Virus record (IMG/VR): IMGVR_UViG_3300044729_003978
From: an uncultured virus (IMG/VR IMGVR_UViG_3300044729_003978)
Lineage: Duplodnaviria > Heunggongvirae > Uroviricota > Caudoviricetes
Strand: one strand, 5' to 3'
Length of the DNA: 64,000 nt
The translations under genes and the position numbers were made by a program. Every line of letters starts with the position of its first letter. The stretch's first letter is position 1. Below are positions 37,900 through 47,719 of the stretch, in pieces. The notes under the pieces were generated by a model. The model worked only from the letters and a program-made list of their open reading frames with translations. It made no database searches and had not been told where the DNA came from.

Positions 37900-40848
37900 A
37901 TGGCTGCTGATGTGCAAACAATAAAATTTCTAGGATGCTCTGTTATAAGCTTTACATCATCAATAGGATTCAACGGAAATCCTTCAACATTGTCTGTTAC
38001 TATGGCAGAAGATTTTGATGCAGGCGATGATTTTGCAGCAGATAGCCATACTATAAACAATGAGTTAGGGGCAACTTATGGCGGATCAGCATTTTCTGAT
38101 GGAAACCCAGGAACATACGCGACATTTAAAACACCAAACGACAGTTTTGTTTTTAAAGGCTTTGTTACTAGTTACAGAAGGTCTAAAAGTGTTAGCGGAA
38201 ATCTGATAAATGTAGAACTTTCAGATCCTAGATTTTTCTTCGCTAATATACCGATAATAAATGATACAAATCTTGGGATAAATAATACAAATTTCACACC
38301 AGGTACCTGGAATATAATATCAACACCAGCAATATTCAACAATCCAATAACTCTTGATTGGAATAAATCGGGAGTAAGATTTGATAAATTAGCAAAAGCT
38401 ATAGAGGATAAAACTTTTAATTTATATTTGGTAACTGGTATTAAGATAGTTTTTCACCAATCTTTTTATTCTCAACTTATTGGCGGCTACAGATTAAAAC
38501 AGCAAGCAAGCACCGTTGAAGATGTTATAAATCAAGCGGCAAAAGATGCAAATATAGATTGGTATTTAGAGATGGGCGAGAGTGAAGGGTTAACTGTAGC
38601 TTATGTAAAAGGCATAAAAAGAAAAAACCAGTATAATTTTACGTCTAGTAACGGTTTAGAAACTTTTATATCCTCTAGATCAGATAAAGTTGTGAGCTGG
38701 GAAGTTGGTAGAGAGTTAAGACAAGATCCAACCACAACTATAGTCACAGGAGACAGGGTAAGAACGCTATGGAACACTAGTCCTAACGGAAACTTTCCAG
38801 TTTTTTGCGAATTGGGAAACGGAGCCGTTATAGACAGGGCTTTCGTTTGCTTAGATTTCTTAAAACAAGCGGGCTTCTTAACACTTCCAACTGTTAATCT
38901 TAACATACCAGAAAGCGTTTTAAGCACATTAGGCCAGGAAAGCGATGAATTTGGTAATACTAGACAAAGATATCCAAGTAGAACTAAAAACCAAGTCACA
39001 AGAACTAGAAGAGGGTATATAGCCTCTGAGTCTATCCTAAGGGCCGCTTTATATAACAAAGCGTCATGGGAAACAGCGGTATGGTATACATATTGCAACG
39101 GTGTTAATCCGTCTACAACACTAGCTCTTACTTATAACACGTACAATAGTTTTGATTTAGATTATGGATTTGATGCACCAACCACCCAAACGGTATCTTC
39201 GTTTTCAATGAATCCAAACTCAATTGGTGTTTACGGGCCAGCATTTGATTTTGACACAGGAAATGTTAACGCAACTACTGGACAAAACGCCAATGCTGTG
39301 CAAGAAACTCTTAAGGAGGCTGTTTATCAGGCTACTAGAAGATGCGCTGAGGAGTATTACGGTAAAAAGTTTATTTGTAGACTTCCTGAATCAACAATAT
39401 GTGAAAGTATAGGCTCTAGTTATGAGGCCAATCAGAAAAAAATACCTATAGAATATGATGTAGTAGATGCCGCTCCAGATATCGCTTTCTATGATTCTCA
39501 GTCGCCTATAGGTTTTCCTAATTCTCTTTTGAACTCTGACGGCAAAAGCTTTAGAGCGCCTAACGGTTTGTTTAGACCGTTCTTGTATGTAAACAATACT
39601 ACAATAGCTGCAAGCTTCAATCAGCAGCAATACGAATATTTAGACCCAAATTCATGTATATGGGCGTACTCTGACCCTAGTGAACAAGGTGGTCAGGATG
39701 TTACATTGTATCACTCTGGAGTAAGTGTAGAAACTTACAGATTTGATCCTAGGTTTGCAATAGTAACACTTAACGAACCGATCCTGTTAGGTACTGACGG
39801 CTATAGAATGGTAGCGCCATCAGCTGTAACGAATGGCGCTGTAACAGGATGGAGCACTGGAACTAATTACATAAGCCTAAGTAGAACTGACAGAAGCGGC
39901 TGTTTTTTAGATTTGTTATCTAAAGTATTTTATGATTTCACAATAGTACCAGCGGATACCGCAGATTTGAATACTAATGGTATTAGGGTAAATGTAAATA
40001 GAAGCGTTAAAAAGGTTTCTGTTGATTACTATTTATCACTACAAAATCAGGCTATAGCGCTTCAATCAATAGTTGGTTTGGCTGAAGTTAGATTGGTTGA
40101 TATAAATTCTCACGGTGGATTCTTTATACCTTTAGTTTGGAACTATATCAAATATGGACCTTGGGTTAATGGATTAATAAATTCTAGACCAGTTAACGTT
40201 ATTGATGATAATAGACTAAATCCGTGGACTTATGGCAATTACGCTAGAATGAATGACGCTGGTGATATAATAGCTGAAAGAGCAAACACTTTAACTCACA
40301 CAATATCTTATGCAACTGTAGTAGTGGAAGGTTATCCTGAGTTTAATTTAGGATCTGAAATAACAGCTGGAACAGACACGATGGGTTCTATAAGCGATGT
40401 AGGAGTCTCTTTTGGGATCGACGGTGTAAAAACTACATACAAATTTAAAACATTCTTTGGGCCTATAGGTTTTTCAAAGAAGTCAGAGCTAGATCAAATA
40501 TCCCAAAACTCATTCTCATCAGGATCTAACAAGAACACAATAAATTTAGAATCTATATTTGAAAATGTTCAAGAACAAATATATAACCAAGGTGGTGGTT
40601 TTGGAGGCTCAAACTCAGCATTCGGAACAATTGGTGTTACTACTTTTGTTGGGTCTGTAAATAACGCTGGTGTTAACGGTGGCGTATCTATGAGGCCTGG
40701 CGCTGATGTTAAAAACAATAACAGCTCAAATACATCAAACTACGGCAAAACAGCTAAGGCAGAAGCTAGCGCTATATTTATACCATGTACAACTAGACCT
40801 CCTGCAACAACTAGAGGGGAAGCTCCTACAATAGAGGGAGGTTTATAG
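37900..40848 (+). CDS. Tail tip hub/central baseplate-like protein
   Basis: 982 aa; FLGCSVISFTSSIGF..PSTLSV, VELSDPR, C-terminal ISDVGVSFGIDGVKTTYKF. Confidence 0.55.
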   Translation: MAADVQTIKFLGCSVISFTSSIGFNGNPSTLSVTMAEDFDAGDDFAADSHTINNELGATYGGSAFSDGNPGTYATFKTPNDSFVFKGFVTSYRRSKSVSGNLINVELSDPRFFFANIPIINDTNLGINNTNFTPGTWNIISTPAIFNNPITLDWNKSGVRFDKLAKAIEDKTFNLYLVTGIKIVFHQSFYSQLIGGYRLKQQASTVEDVINQAAKDANIDWYLEMGESEGLTVAYVKGIKRKNQYNFTSSNGLETFISSRSDKVVSWEVGRELRQDPTTTIVTGDRVRTLWNTSPNGNFPVFCELGNGAVIDRAFVCLDFLKQAGFLTLPTVNLNIPESVLSTLGQESDEFGNTRQRYPSRTKNQVTRTRRGYIASESILRAALYNKASWETAVWYTYCNGVNPSTTLALTYNTYNSFDLDYGFDAPTTQTVSSFSMNPNSIGVYGPAFDFDTGNVNATTGQNANAVQETLKEAVYQATRRCAEEYYGKKFICRLPESTICESIGSSYEANQKKIPIEYDVVDAAPDIAFYDSQSPIGFPNSLLNSDGKSFRAPNGLFRPFLYVNNTTIAASFNQQQYEYLDPNSCIWAYSDPSEQGGQDVTLYHSGVSVETYRFDPRFAIVTLNEPILLGTDGYRMVAPSAVTNGAVTGWSTGTNYISLSRTDRSGCFLDLLSKVFYDFTIVPADTADLNTNGIRVNVNRSVKKVSVDYYLSLQNQAIALQSIVGLAEVRLVDINSHGGFFIPLVWNYIKYGPWVNGLINSRPVNVIDDNRLNPWTYGNYARMNDAGDIIAERANTLTHTISYATVVVEGYPEFNLGSEITAGTDTMGSISDVGVSFGIDGVKTTYKFKTFFGPIGFSKKSELDQISQNSFSSGSNKNTINLESIFENVQEQIYNQGGGFGGSNSAFGTIGVTTFVGSVNNAGVNGGVSMRPGADVKNNNSSNTSNYGKTAKAEASAIFIPCTTRPPATTRGEAPTIEGGL

Positions 40849-40850
40849 TT

Positions 40851-42137
40851 TTGATAGTCCCACAAGGAACACATGGATTAAACCCATTTAGAGCTAGATC
40901 AGGAAAAGAAGCGGCTAAGCCTAACGTTGCTATGGGAAGCACCCCTGGTGATTATAATGCTTTTGATGCTAGAGGCATGGCCATAAGGTTGCCAGTAATG
41001 GTTGCTGGATGGGGTTATGATATTTTTGGAAGACCAGTCCCTAGTAAAGCCGTTGATCTTGTAACTCTAAACGCTCAAGTAGACATGGGCTATTATGGAT
41101 TTGCCAACGATAACGCATCTGACACAAGAGGATCTCCAGCTCCTTACGGCGCAGAAACGCCGCTAAAAGATTACGTTGGCGGAGCTTTAGATTTAAGATA
41201 TAATCAAAGACACGGAGTTTGGCAAACAGACCACTCATTCTACGCTCGTATCACAGCGGTAAACGCAACTGCCTCAACTACCAATAAATTTTATTGGATA
41301 TACGATTGGGAAGAGGTTGAAGTAAGATATAACCCAATTAAAAATCAAAACTCTGGAGACCCTTTTGATAGAACCTTGTCTAACCCAGCGAAAGGGAAAG
41401 CAATAAATGTTGCAGAGGTAGTAAAAGACGCTGGTGATAGAAACTATGGATATCTTAGAGCTGGGACGATAATTGAACTAAAATCACATCTAGTGGCTAA
41501 GTCTGATGACAGTGACTATACCTTAGAACCTGTTTATCTTTTTAATCACACAGAGGAACAGCCAGTATTTTTACGGATAGATTGGAATTCTACTGTTGGA
41601 TACCCAGCACCGTTAACAAATGAAGATGCTTCTTATGGAGCCGCCAGTTACAATGGCTGTAATAGATTTTTATATAGGGCAGAAATAGCCTATTTTAATG
41701 AAAGCAATACAACTGGCGGAAAATTTGGCGCTCCTTTCGGGGCTTTTACTGGAACTAATATATTTGTTCAATGTATAAATGTAAACGAATGGGGAAATCC
41801 CGTAAATGCAAGAGGTGTAGTTGCTCCAGGAATTATAATGGCAACTGGTTCGATAGTTCATTCTGCGGCAACAAACTTATCATGGACTGGATCTACCTCA
41901 ACTCTCGCATCAGGCGCGTATCCTCCTGGCTTTATGATAAAGCCTATATGGCATAACACTATTGTTGAGGCAAAAAGAATGAAAAACCAGTCGGCAACAA
42001 AGTTATCGACTAACGGTCCATTGTACTACTTTAGCATGGTTAATGGTCATGACGGAGCTTGCGCTACTGGCGCTTGGCCAGCACTAAACACTACTCAAGA
42101 GGCTGGGCGCGGAGAAAACACAAGTGTTCTTAGATAA
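40851..42137 (+). CDS. Tail tip-associated structural protein
   Basis: LPVMVAGWGYDIFGRPVP...GALDLRYN..GVW; 428 aa in the tail module. Confidence 0.5.
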   Translation: MIVPQGTHGLNPFRARSGKEAAKPNVAMGSTPGDYNAFDARGMAIRLPVMVAGWGYDIFGRPVPSKAVDLVTLNAQVDMGYYGFANDNASDTRGSPAPYGAETPLKDYVGGALDLRYNQRHGVWQTDHSFYARITAVNATASTTNKFYWIYDWEEVEVRYNPIKNQNSGDPFDRTLSNPAKGKAINVAEVVKDAGDRNYGYLRAGTIIELKSHLVAKSDDSDYTLEPVYLFNHTEEQPVFLRIDWNSTVGYPAPLTNEDASYGAASYNGCNRFLYRAEIAYFNESNTTGGKFGAPFGAFTGTNIFVQCINVNEWGNPVNARGVVAPGIIMATGSIVHSAATNLSWTGSTSTLASGAYPPGFMIKPIWHNTIVEAKRMKNQSATKLSTNGPLYYFSMVNGHDGACATGAWPALNTTQEAGRGENTSVLR

Positions 42138-42148
42138 TAAAGTGAAAG

Positions 42149-42154
42149 GTGTAT
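42149..42154 (+). promoter_or_regulatory. GTGTAT candidate late promoter
   Basis: 14 nt before ATG 42163. Confidence 0.6.
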
Positions 42155-42162
42155 TTTAATAT

Positions 42163-42807
42163 ATGGCGACAGTAACATTTTATGCAAACGAAGGTATAGG
42201 AGCTATAAATTCTGGAAGTCAGAACTTAAACGGTTCTGGGTTGGGTTTTTTTGGAGCTGGAGGATCAAGCTCTAGTGTAAGAATTGGTGAGTATCAAGAA
42301 AGGACTTTTGTTTCAAACGCCAATGGTACTAGCGCTGGTGCTGAAATAGATAACGTTCAGTATGTTAACTCAACTGGGGCCATAATATCTAGAGGCGGAG
42401 TGGCTGACGCTACTCTTTGGATAAAAAATATCCCAAACTATAAATCTACTTTAAATATAAGATTTGAGCACACAAGCTCTGTAAGAACACAGAACGGAAA
42501 GATACAGATCTATGATAGATCAAACGTTTCTAATGGCCCCGTTGGTGTTATATGCCAAGCATGTGAAATAGTACATCCAGAAACTAGCCAAGCTGTAGAA
42601 GGATCTGGTTCTTCTGCATGGGTTCCCTGCAGTGGAAGCTCTCCATATTTAACGCTTACTGACAGTCCTGGCCTAAGCGGTCTAAGGCCTAGCGGATCAA
42701 ACACATATTCAACAGTTCATGATTGGTTTATGTGTCTTTCAGCATCTCCTACAGGCATAGGGTCACACACAGGCTTTGGACTCTATTTCTCTGTAGAGTA
42801 CTTATAA
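42163..42807 (+). CDS. Virion structural protein, paralog A
   Basis: Gly/Ser-rich; ends HDWFMCLSASP...FSVEYL. Confidence 0.65.
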   Translation: MATVTFYANEGIGAINSGSQNLNGSGLGFFGAGGSSSSVRIGEYQERTFVSNANGTSAGAEIDNVQYVNSTGAIISRGGVADATLWIKNIPNYKSTLNIRFEHTSSVRTQNGKIQIYDRSNVSNGPVGVICQACEIVHPETSQAVEGSGSSAWVPCSGSSPYLTLTDSPGLSGLRPSGSNTYSTVHDWFMCLSASPTGIGSHTGFGLYFSVEYL

Positions 42808-43487
42808 TGCCAGCTATAAAGTTTAGGACTACAGAATACGAGGCTGTAAGCGGAGTTAAATATTACGATTTAAGTCCTGACTCAATATGCTTTACTAGTA
42901 CTGGAAGTTCGTTTGCAATTCAGGTTAGCGGCTATTCAGATATAGCAAATGTCTCACCACTAGGTTCTTTAAAAAGAAAAAGATCTACAACAAACGTAAG
43001 AAGAATACCAGACTCTTCTTCTGGCGTTGTTAAAAACGATATATTAAATTTTGTCTCTTTACCAATAACAAATATACCAAACTGGTCTTCAACACTTAGT
43101 ATAAATTTTGGAGAGCCAGCATCAACTGGGTCTTATAATATAACTAGCGCAAAATTTGTGGCCTCTGGGCTAGATGTAAATCCATACGTTTACCCTGAAT
43201 CTCAAAAATCTAACGTGGTTAGAATTAATGCTTTTGAAATATGCCATACTAGCGCTAGTACTGGAGTGGCTGGTTCTGGAAGTGCGTCCTGGACTAGCTT
43301 TTACCATCTATCTAAAAACTCATTAAATTTAACTAGAAACCCTGGTCCTAGCGGGGCTTATGCATTGGTAGGATCTACAGGAATACCATCAAATCAACAC
43401 GATTGGCATATTGGTATGTGCATAGAACCAACAGACATAAATGTTGCACCTTTTATAATACTCGCGTGTATTATAGAGTATCTGTAG
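42807..43487 (+). CDS. Virion structural protein, paralog B (start MPAIKF, TAATG overlap)
   Basis: Shares NIPN..STL.I.F, EI.H, GSGS..W, PG.SG, HDW and terminal EYL with paralog A. Confidence 0.65.
   Translation: MPAIKFRTTEYEAVSGVKYYDLSPDSICFTSTGSSFAIQVSGYSDIANVSPLGSLKRKRSTTNVRRIPDSSSGVVKNDILNFVSLPITNIPNWSSTLSINFGEPASTGSYNITSAKFVASGLDVNPYVYPESQKSNVVRINAFEICHTSASTGVAGSGSASWTSFYHLSKNSLNLTRNPGPSGAYALVGSTGIPSNQHDWHIGMCIEPTDINVAPFIILACIIEYL
43466..43471 (+). promoter_or_regulatory. GTGTAT candidate late promoter
   Basis: 22-28 nt before the 43488/43494 starts. Confidence 0.5.
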
Positions 43488-43706
43488 GTGATTATGTCAG
43501 AAGATAATGGTTGGATTGAGTATAAAAAACTAATTCTTGCAGAACTGACTAGAAGCAACGATAGATTGTCTAGGATAGAGGCTGATCTATCCTCGATAAA
43601 GGAAGAGTTGGCTGTCCTGAGGACTAAAATGTACTTTGGGTCAGCTATAATAGCAGTGTTTATATCTATAGGCGTTACTTTTGTTAATCATGTAATTAAG
43701 GGATAA
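43488..43706 (+). CDS. Small coiled-coil protein with C-terminal transmembrane helix (holin/hemolysin-like)
   Basis: Heptad region followed by MYFGSAIIAVFISIGVTFV. Confidence 0.6.
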   Translation: MIMSEDNGWIEYKKLILAELTRSNDRLSRIEADLSSIKEELAVLRTKMYFGSAIIAVFISIGVTFVNHVIKG

Positions 43707-43707
43707 A

Positions 43708-44505
43708 ATGAAAAAACTATCAAAAATTTTAGCTAAGCTCAGAAACGTTTCAGCTGGTGTAGAATACGGAGCTTGTTGTTGTAGAGATCAGAAAACTGGC
43801 GAAGTCAAACACTGCAGTTATTCAGAAGGATTAGCCTGTGGAGATTACCCATATTTTACCTGGGTTTGTACTTTTTATCCAAATCTTTCTTGTGAAGATA
43901 CGTGTTATGACTCATATCCAGGAGGCACAAAGCCTAAACCATCGATAGAATCAGAAGAAATTACCGTTGATCCCAACGGAAACACTATTGACCCTAGCTC
44001 TGTTGACGGCGGTGGAGGCGGAGGCGGACCAGTTCCGTGCCCGACTTCTCCAACAAACATACCAACAGATTGCGAACGAGAAGCTTCTGATGTTGCTGCA
44101 TGTTTAGAAACATTAATGGTTGGAAGTAATGCAGATCATCCAACAGCCAAGCTACTCAGGGGTCTAATTGTTGGCTGGGGTAGATATAGATGTCCAGAAT
44201 TAAGGTCTCTATGCTATCACACAGAACAAGGCAATGTCGGATGTTATCCTGGGATGACAATAACCGATATGAAATGCTACTGCAGAATTCATCAAGAGTA
44301 TTGGAAGGGGCTAAAGAGAATAGTTGAAGAATTCTGCGCTGGAAATAGCAGTGGTGAGAAAGTAAGAACAGAACTTACAAAACTTTGCAAACAACTTAAA
44401 CTAGCGCGAAATAGATGCGCTGGGGGTGACGGATTGCCTATAGATCCAATTAAAGACTCAGGCAATTCGCTCTCACTTAATTGCGGAATAAAGAGAGTTG
44501 ACTAA
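43708..44505 (+). CDS. Cys-rich protein with shared leader (MKKLSKILAKLRNVSA), GACC module and poly-Gly linker
   Basis: YGACCC...; GGGGGGG linker; second Cys-rich helical domain. Confidence 0.75.
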   Translation: MKKLSKILAKLRNVSAGVEYGACCCRDQKTGEVKHCSYSEGLACGDYPYFTWVCTFYPNLSCEDTCYDSYPGGTKPKPSIESEEITVDPNGNTIDPSSVDGGGGGGGPVPCPTSPTNIPTDCEREASDVAACLETLMVGSNADHPTAKLLRGLIVGWGRYRCPELRSLCYHTEQGNVGCYPGMTITDMKCYCRIHQEYWKGLKRIVEEFCAGNSSGEKVRTELTKLCKQLKLARNRCAGGDGLPIDPIKDSGNSLSLNCGIKRVD

Positions 44506-44837
44506 TGAAACCAAATTTTATAAAATATTTCTTAAAGGCCGCTGAGCATGAAGGTGTAGAAATGCCAATGATGAATCCTCAAAAAGATAGTGGGGAATAT
44601 GGGGAAGAAGGGGGAATGGCAAAATCTGACTTAAAAACACTTATCAGAAACGCGCAAGAGTTGCACGACCTTATCTCAGATAATGAAGATCTACCAGAGC
44701 ATGTTCAATCAAAAATAACACTAGCTTCAGACTACATTGTTGATGCTGCAAACTACATTAAGTCAGAAAAACAAAATCCGGGATCCGAGATCCCAGATTC
44801 TGTTGACACCGAAGAATTAGAAATGGAAGACGATTAA
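44505..44837 (+). CDS. Acidic probable internal head protein
   Basis: EGGMAKSDL...DLPEHVQSKITLASDYI motif, recalled from prohead-core-type proteins of large aquatic phages; weak leader MKPNFIKYFLKAAE. Confidence 0.6.
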   Translation: MKPNFIKYFLKAAEHEGVEMPMMNPQKDSGEYGEEGGMAKSDLKTLIRNAQELHDLISDNEDLPEHVQSKITLASDYIVDAANYIKSEKQNPGSEIPDSVDTEELEMEDD

Positions 44838-45322
44838 AAAATCTTATCTTCTATAGCTTTGCTGCACATTATGAATAATACTCTAGCTTCGGCTAGAGTT
44901 ATTCTTTGCCCACACCAAAATTGATTGGATGACTTTTTAGAGCTTATTTCTAAGCCGTATGTTGGATCCTCACTATCAATTCTATAGAGCTTTATTATTG
45001 TATTACCGTCCTTGGTTTGGTGAAAAAGACCCTTACCTTTTTGCGTCTGACCATCGCTATTTCCTAAGTGGTCCTTTTTGTCAGAAAGCACCAAGGCTAT
45101 CTCTGCAAGCTCTTCCAAGTCTAGTTTTACCGTTTCATGGTTTTCTTTCCAATCAAAAACAGCGTTTCCATTTTGATCTTTAGACTCTAGCTGCTTGGCA
45201 ATTGTCAGAAAGAAGTTTTTTGTTATAGGATTATACTCCCACGAAGTGGCAGAACCCTTAGTAAATTCTTTTTGATTTGGTTTATATATTTTATATGACG
45301 GATTATATTTCTTAGGTTCCAT
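44834..45322 (-). CDS. Whirly-like ssDNA-binding protein
   Basis: YKIYK..KGSA, FDWK, L..EL, LFH, ITLAEARVL follow the order of conserved Whirly-domain motifs. Confidence 0.55.
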   Translation of the reverse strand: MEPKKYNPSYKIYKPNQKEFTKGSATSWEYNPITKNFFLTIAKQLESKDQNGNAVFDWKENHETVKLDLEELAEIALVLSDKKDHLGNSDGQTQKGKGLFHQTKDGNTIIKLYRIDSEDPTYGLEISSKKSSNQFWCGQRITLAEARVLFIMCSKAIEDKIF

Positions 45323-46119
45323 TAGATTATGATCTCCGATGATTTGATTTCTTGTGGTATGGATTCTCCGCCGTTAGCTTCTCCTCTAGTGAAGGAGTTT
45401 AGCTTAGAAAGAACAGCATGACCCTCTGAATACGTCAATGTCGAAACGTCTTGCTTCTCTAACCCCATAATAGCAAACAGCTTTACAGGCTTTATACCAA
45501 GTCTATTTGACATTGTATTTATTGCTATCTTAGCGCTATCTGAGATATTTTTGTTTCCGTCAGATGAAGACATTGATATATCGTTAACGTCCATACCTTC
45601 CTGTATTTCTTCTGCAGAATAAACCTTGACTAATCCAAGCGCCTTTCTTAATGCTCTAGCTTCAGCTTTAGTAGCCGCTGTTGCGGTGCTAGCCTTACAA
45701 TAGGGCCAAGGAGTATTGTCTGGATTAACATCAAATACATCCCCAATAGAAAACGACTTTGAGCTTCCGAATCTTTGAAAAGTCAAACTGCAAGATACGG
45801 TGGCTGTCGGGTCTGAAAGCGTTGGGGCCTTTATCACATCCATATAGCAGCTTATTATTTGACCAATAAGTTTCTTAAAAACTCTTCTAAGCCCATCGCA
45901 AGTAGGCATTCCATCTTTTAATTCGTTTTCAGAAAAATTAGACATAACATAGTCTGACCAACCCGGATCTGTTTCTGAAACTCCGCAAATAATTGGTTTT
46001 ATGTTCTTAGTTACTTCTGAATAAATTTCCTTAAGCTCAGAAACCTTCTTAGTCTTAAGATCATCCAAAAGCATATCACTGTTTTCTACAATTGCGTTTA
46101 TAATTTCTTCTTTCTTCAT
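45322..46119 (-). CDS. Single-strand annealing protein (Rad52/RecT superfamily-like)
   Basis: ATAATKAEARALRKALGL..YSAEEI motif; C-terminal LT..E...L..L helix. Confidence 0.6.
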   Translation of the reverse strand: MKKEEIINAIVENSDMLLDDLKTKKVSELKEIYSEVTKNIKPIICGVSETDPGWSDYVMSNFSENELKDGMPTCDGLRRVFKKLIGQIISCYMDVIKAPTLSDPTATVSCSLTFQRFGSSKSFSIGDVFDVNPDNTPWPYCKASTATAATKAEARALRKALGLVKVYSAEEIQEGMDVNDISMSSSDGNKNISDSAKIAINTMSNRLGIKPVKLFAIMGLEKQDVSTLTYSEGHAVLSKLNSFTRGEANGGESIPQEIKSSEIII

Positions 46120-46652
46120 GTGAAGCGTTTCTCCAAAAGCATTATATCTAGTTCGTCGGTCGAGGTTTTAGACTCATTTAAAAATGGGAAAAATGAAAGG
46201 AAAATTGTTCTTATATGCTCATTTACAAAAACAATCTCATCAAAAAAATCGCAAATAGCTGGAAGAGATTTTGATATCTCTTTCATTCCAGTTATGTCTG
46301 AAATATACCAAACCTTTTTATTTAAAATGCATCCAGACTGCATTAGATTTATAGCAGATCTTATTGTCAACGCTAAAGCATCACCTCTATAGTGCTCTAT
46401 ATAATTGTAATAATATAAAGCGCAAGGATTCACAAGAGCTGGTGAATTATTATCAGATGTAAATATCATATAATCGTAATCATATGTATTCTTCTTGTAT
46501 AGAGCGCTTACTATTTCGTAGTACTCTTGACTCCTAACCGAATCCATGCATATAGCAATTGATTTTCTATTTGGGAATCTAGTTCCTAATAAAAACGTTT
46601 CTTTTATCGGATCCTGGTTATATTTTCCACTCATTTTTTTTGATCCTTCCAT
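46116..46652 (-). CDS. Hypothetical protein, possibly a degenerate glycosyltransferase N-domain (start may be 46634)
   Basis: KKVWYISD...DEIVFVNEH; lies in the glycosyltransferase cluster. Confidence 0.5.
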   Translation of the reverse strand: MEGSKKMSGKYNQDPIKETFLLGTRFPNRKSIAICMDSVRSQEYYEIVSALYKKNTYDYDYMIFTSDNNSPALVNPCALYYYNYIEHYRGDALALTIRSAINLMQSGCILNKKVWYISDITGMKEISKSLPAICDFFDEIVFVNEHIRTIFLSFFPFLNESKTSTDELDIMLLEKRFT

Positions 46653-47334
46653 ATATAGTTTCCCATTCTGGATTTATCTTTTCTACATTCGTTGAATTAG
46701 TTTTACTTGCTTTGTGGTTATTGTATGTAAATAATGGAATTGGAACTCTTAGTGCAAAATAGCCAGATAGGATTATTCTGCACCAAAGATCGTAATCTTC
46801 TATATATCTAAAAGATTCATCAAAGCCTCCAACTCTTTCAATAGCACTTCTTCTAACCATCGAATTGGTTGATACAATACATTCTTTGAATAGAAGCTCT
46901 CTATCAAAATTCATCTTTAATCTTAGTTGCGCTCTGTCTGGATAACGTTCTATATAGTCGCTATAAACAATACCAACGCTATCACCTTTTCGCATAAACT
47001 TTAAAGATTCTTCAAGTTTTCTTGGATCATAAAAATCATCTCCATCTAAGAAAGATATGAATGGTGCAGAAGATTTGCTTACACCAAGATTTCTAGCAGA
47101 AGCCGTTCCGCCATTATTTTTCTTTGTATACTTTATTTCAAAGTCTGTTTTTGACTGAAGATTAGAAATAATGTCCTGAGTTGAATCTACGCCACCGTCG
47201 TCTATAACTATCAGTTCATACATGTTTTTTGGCAGAGTTTGGTTCAAAACACTTTTGATAGCTTTTTCTATAAAATTCTCTTCATTATATGTAGTTATTA
47301 CTACAGACACTTCAGGATTTGACATTGCATTCAA
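46618..47334 (-). CDS. Glycosyltransferase family 2
   Basis: VSVVITTYN, IVIDDG, GTASARNLG, FLDGDD, GGFDESF..EDYDLW. Confidence 0.93.
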   Translation of the reverse strand: MNAMSNPEVSVVITTYNEENFIEKAIKSVLNQTLPKNMYELIVIDDGGVDSTQDIISNLQSKTDFEIKYTKKNNGGTASARNLGVSKSSAPFISFLDGDDFYDPRKLEESLKFMRKGDSVGIVYSDYIERYPDRAQLRLKMNFDRELLFKECIVSTNSMVRRSAIERVGGFDESFRYIEDYDLWCRIILSGYFALRVPIPLFTYNNHKASKTNSTNVEKINPEWETIYGRIKKNEWKI

Positions 47335-47719
47335 CCTTTATTATAGAACATCCGTCCTCTAGATAAACCTTAGAAACATCTAGACCTGCAGACAAAATAA
47401 AATTATGGGCGGCTTGAACATTAAATGCGTTTTTTATCGACTTACAGGTAGCGTGACCTATACCTAGATCTATTTTATGATTTGCAACATTTACAAAAAC
47501 TTGATAAATATTTATAAAACCAATTGTTATTTTCGAGTCTTTTTTACAGTGCATGTTAATTTTTGCAAGCAACGCCTCTGGCGCCTCAGAAGTTTCAAAA
47601 GTTCCAGGATATATATAGAGTTCATCTATTGCGGTATCGACTGTTTCTAAAAATTCCTGCTCGGTTAATTTTGTAAAGTTTAAATGTTCTGATTCTTTAT
47701 TTGATATAAAATATTTCAT
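47312..47719 (-). CDS. Hypothetical protein, possibly a degenerate methyltransferase-fold fragment
   Basis: 135-aa coupled ORF; weak IDELY...LL..I...CK..SKI pattern. Confidence 0.45.
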   Translation of the reverse strand: MKYFISNKESEHLNFTKLTEQEFLETVDTAIDELYIYPGTFETSEAPEALLAKINMHCKKDSKITIGFINIYQVFVNVANHKIDLGIGHATCKSIKNAFNVQAAHNFILSAGLDVSKVYLEDGCSIIKVECNVKS

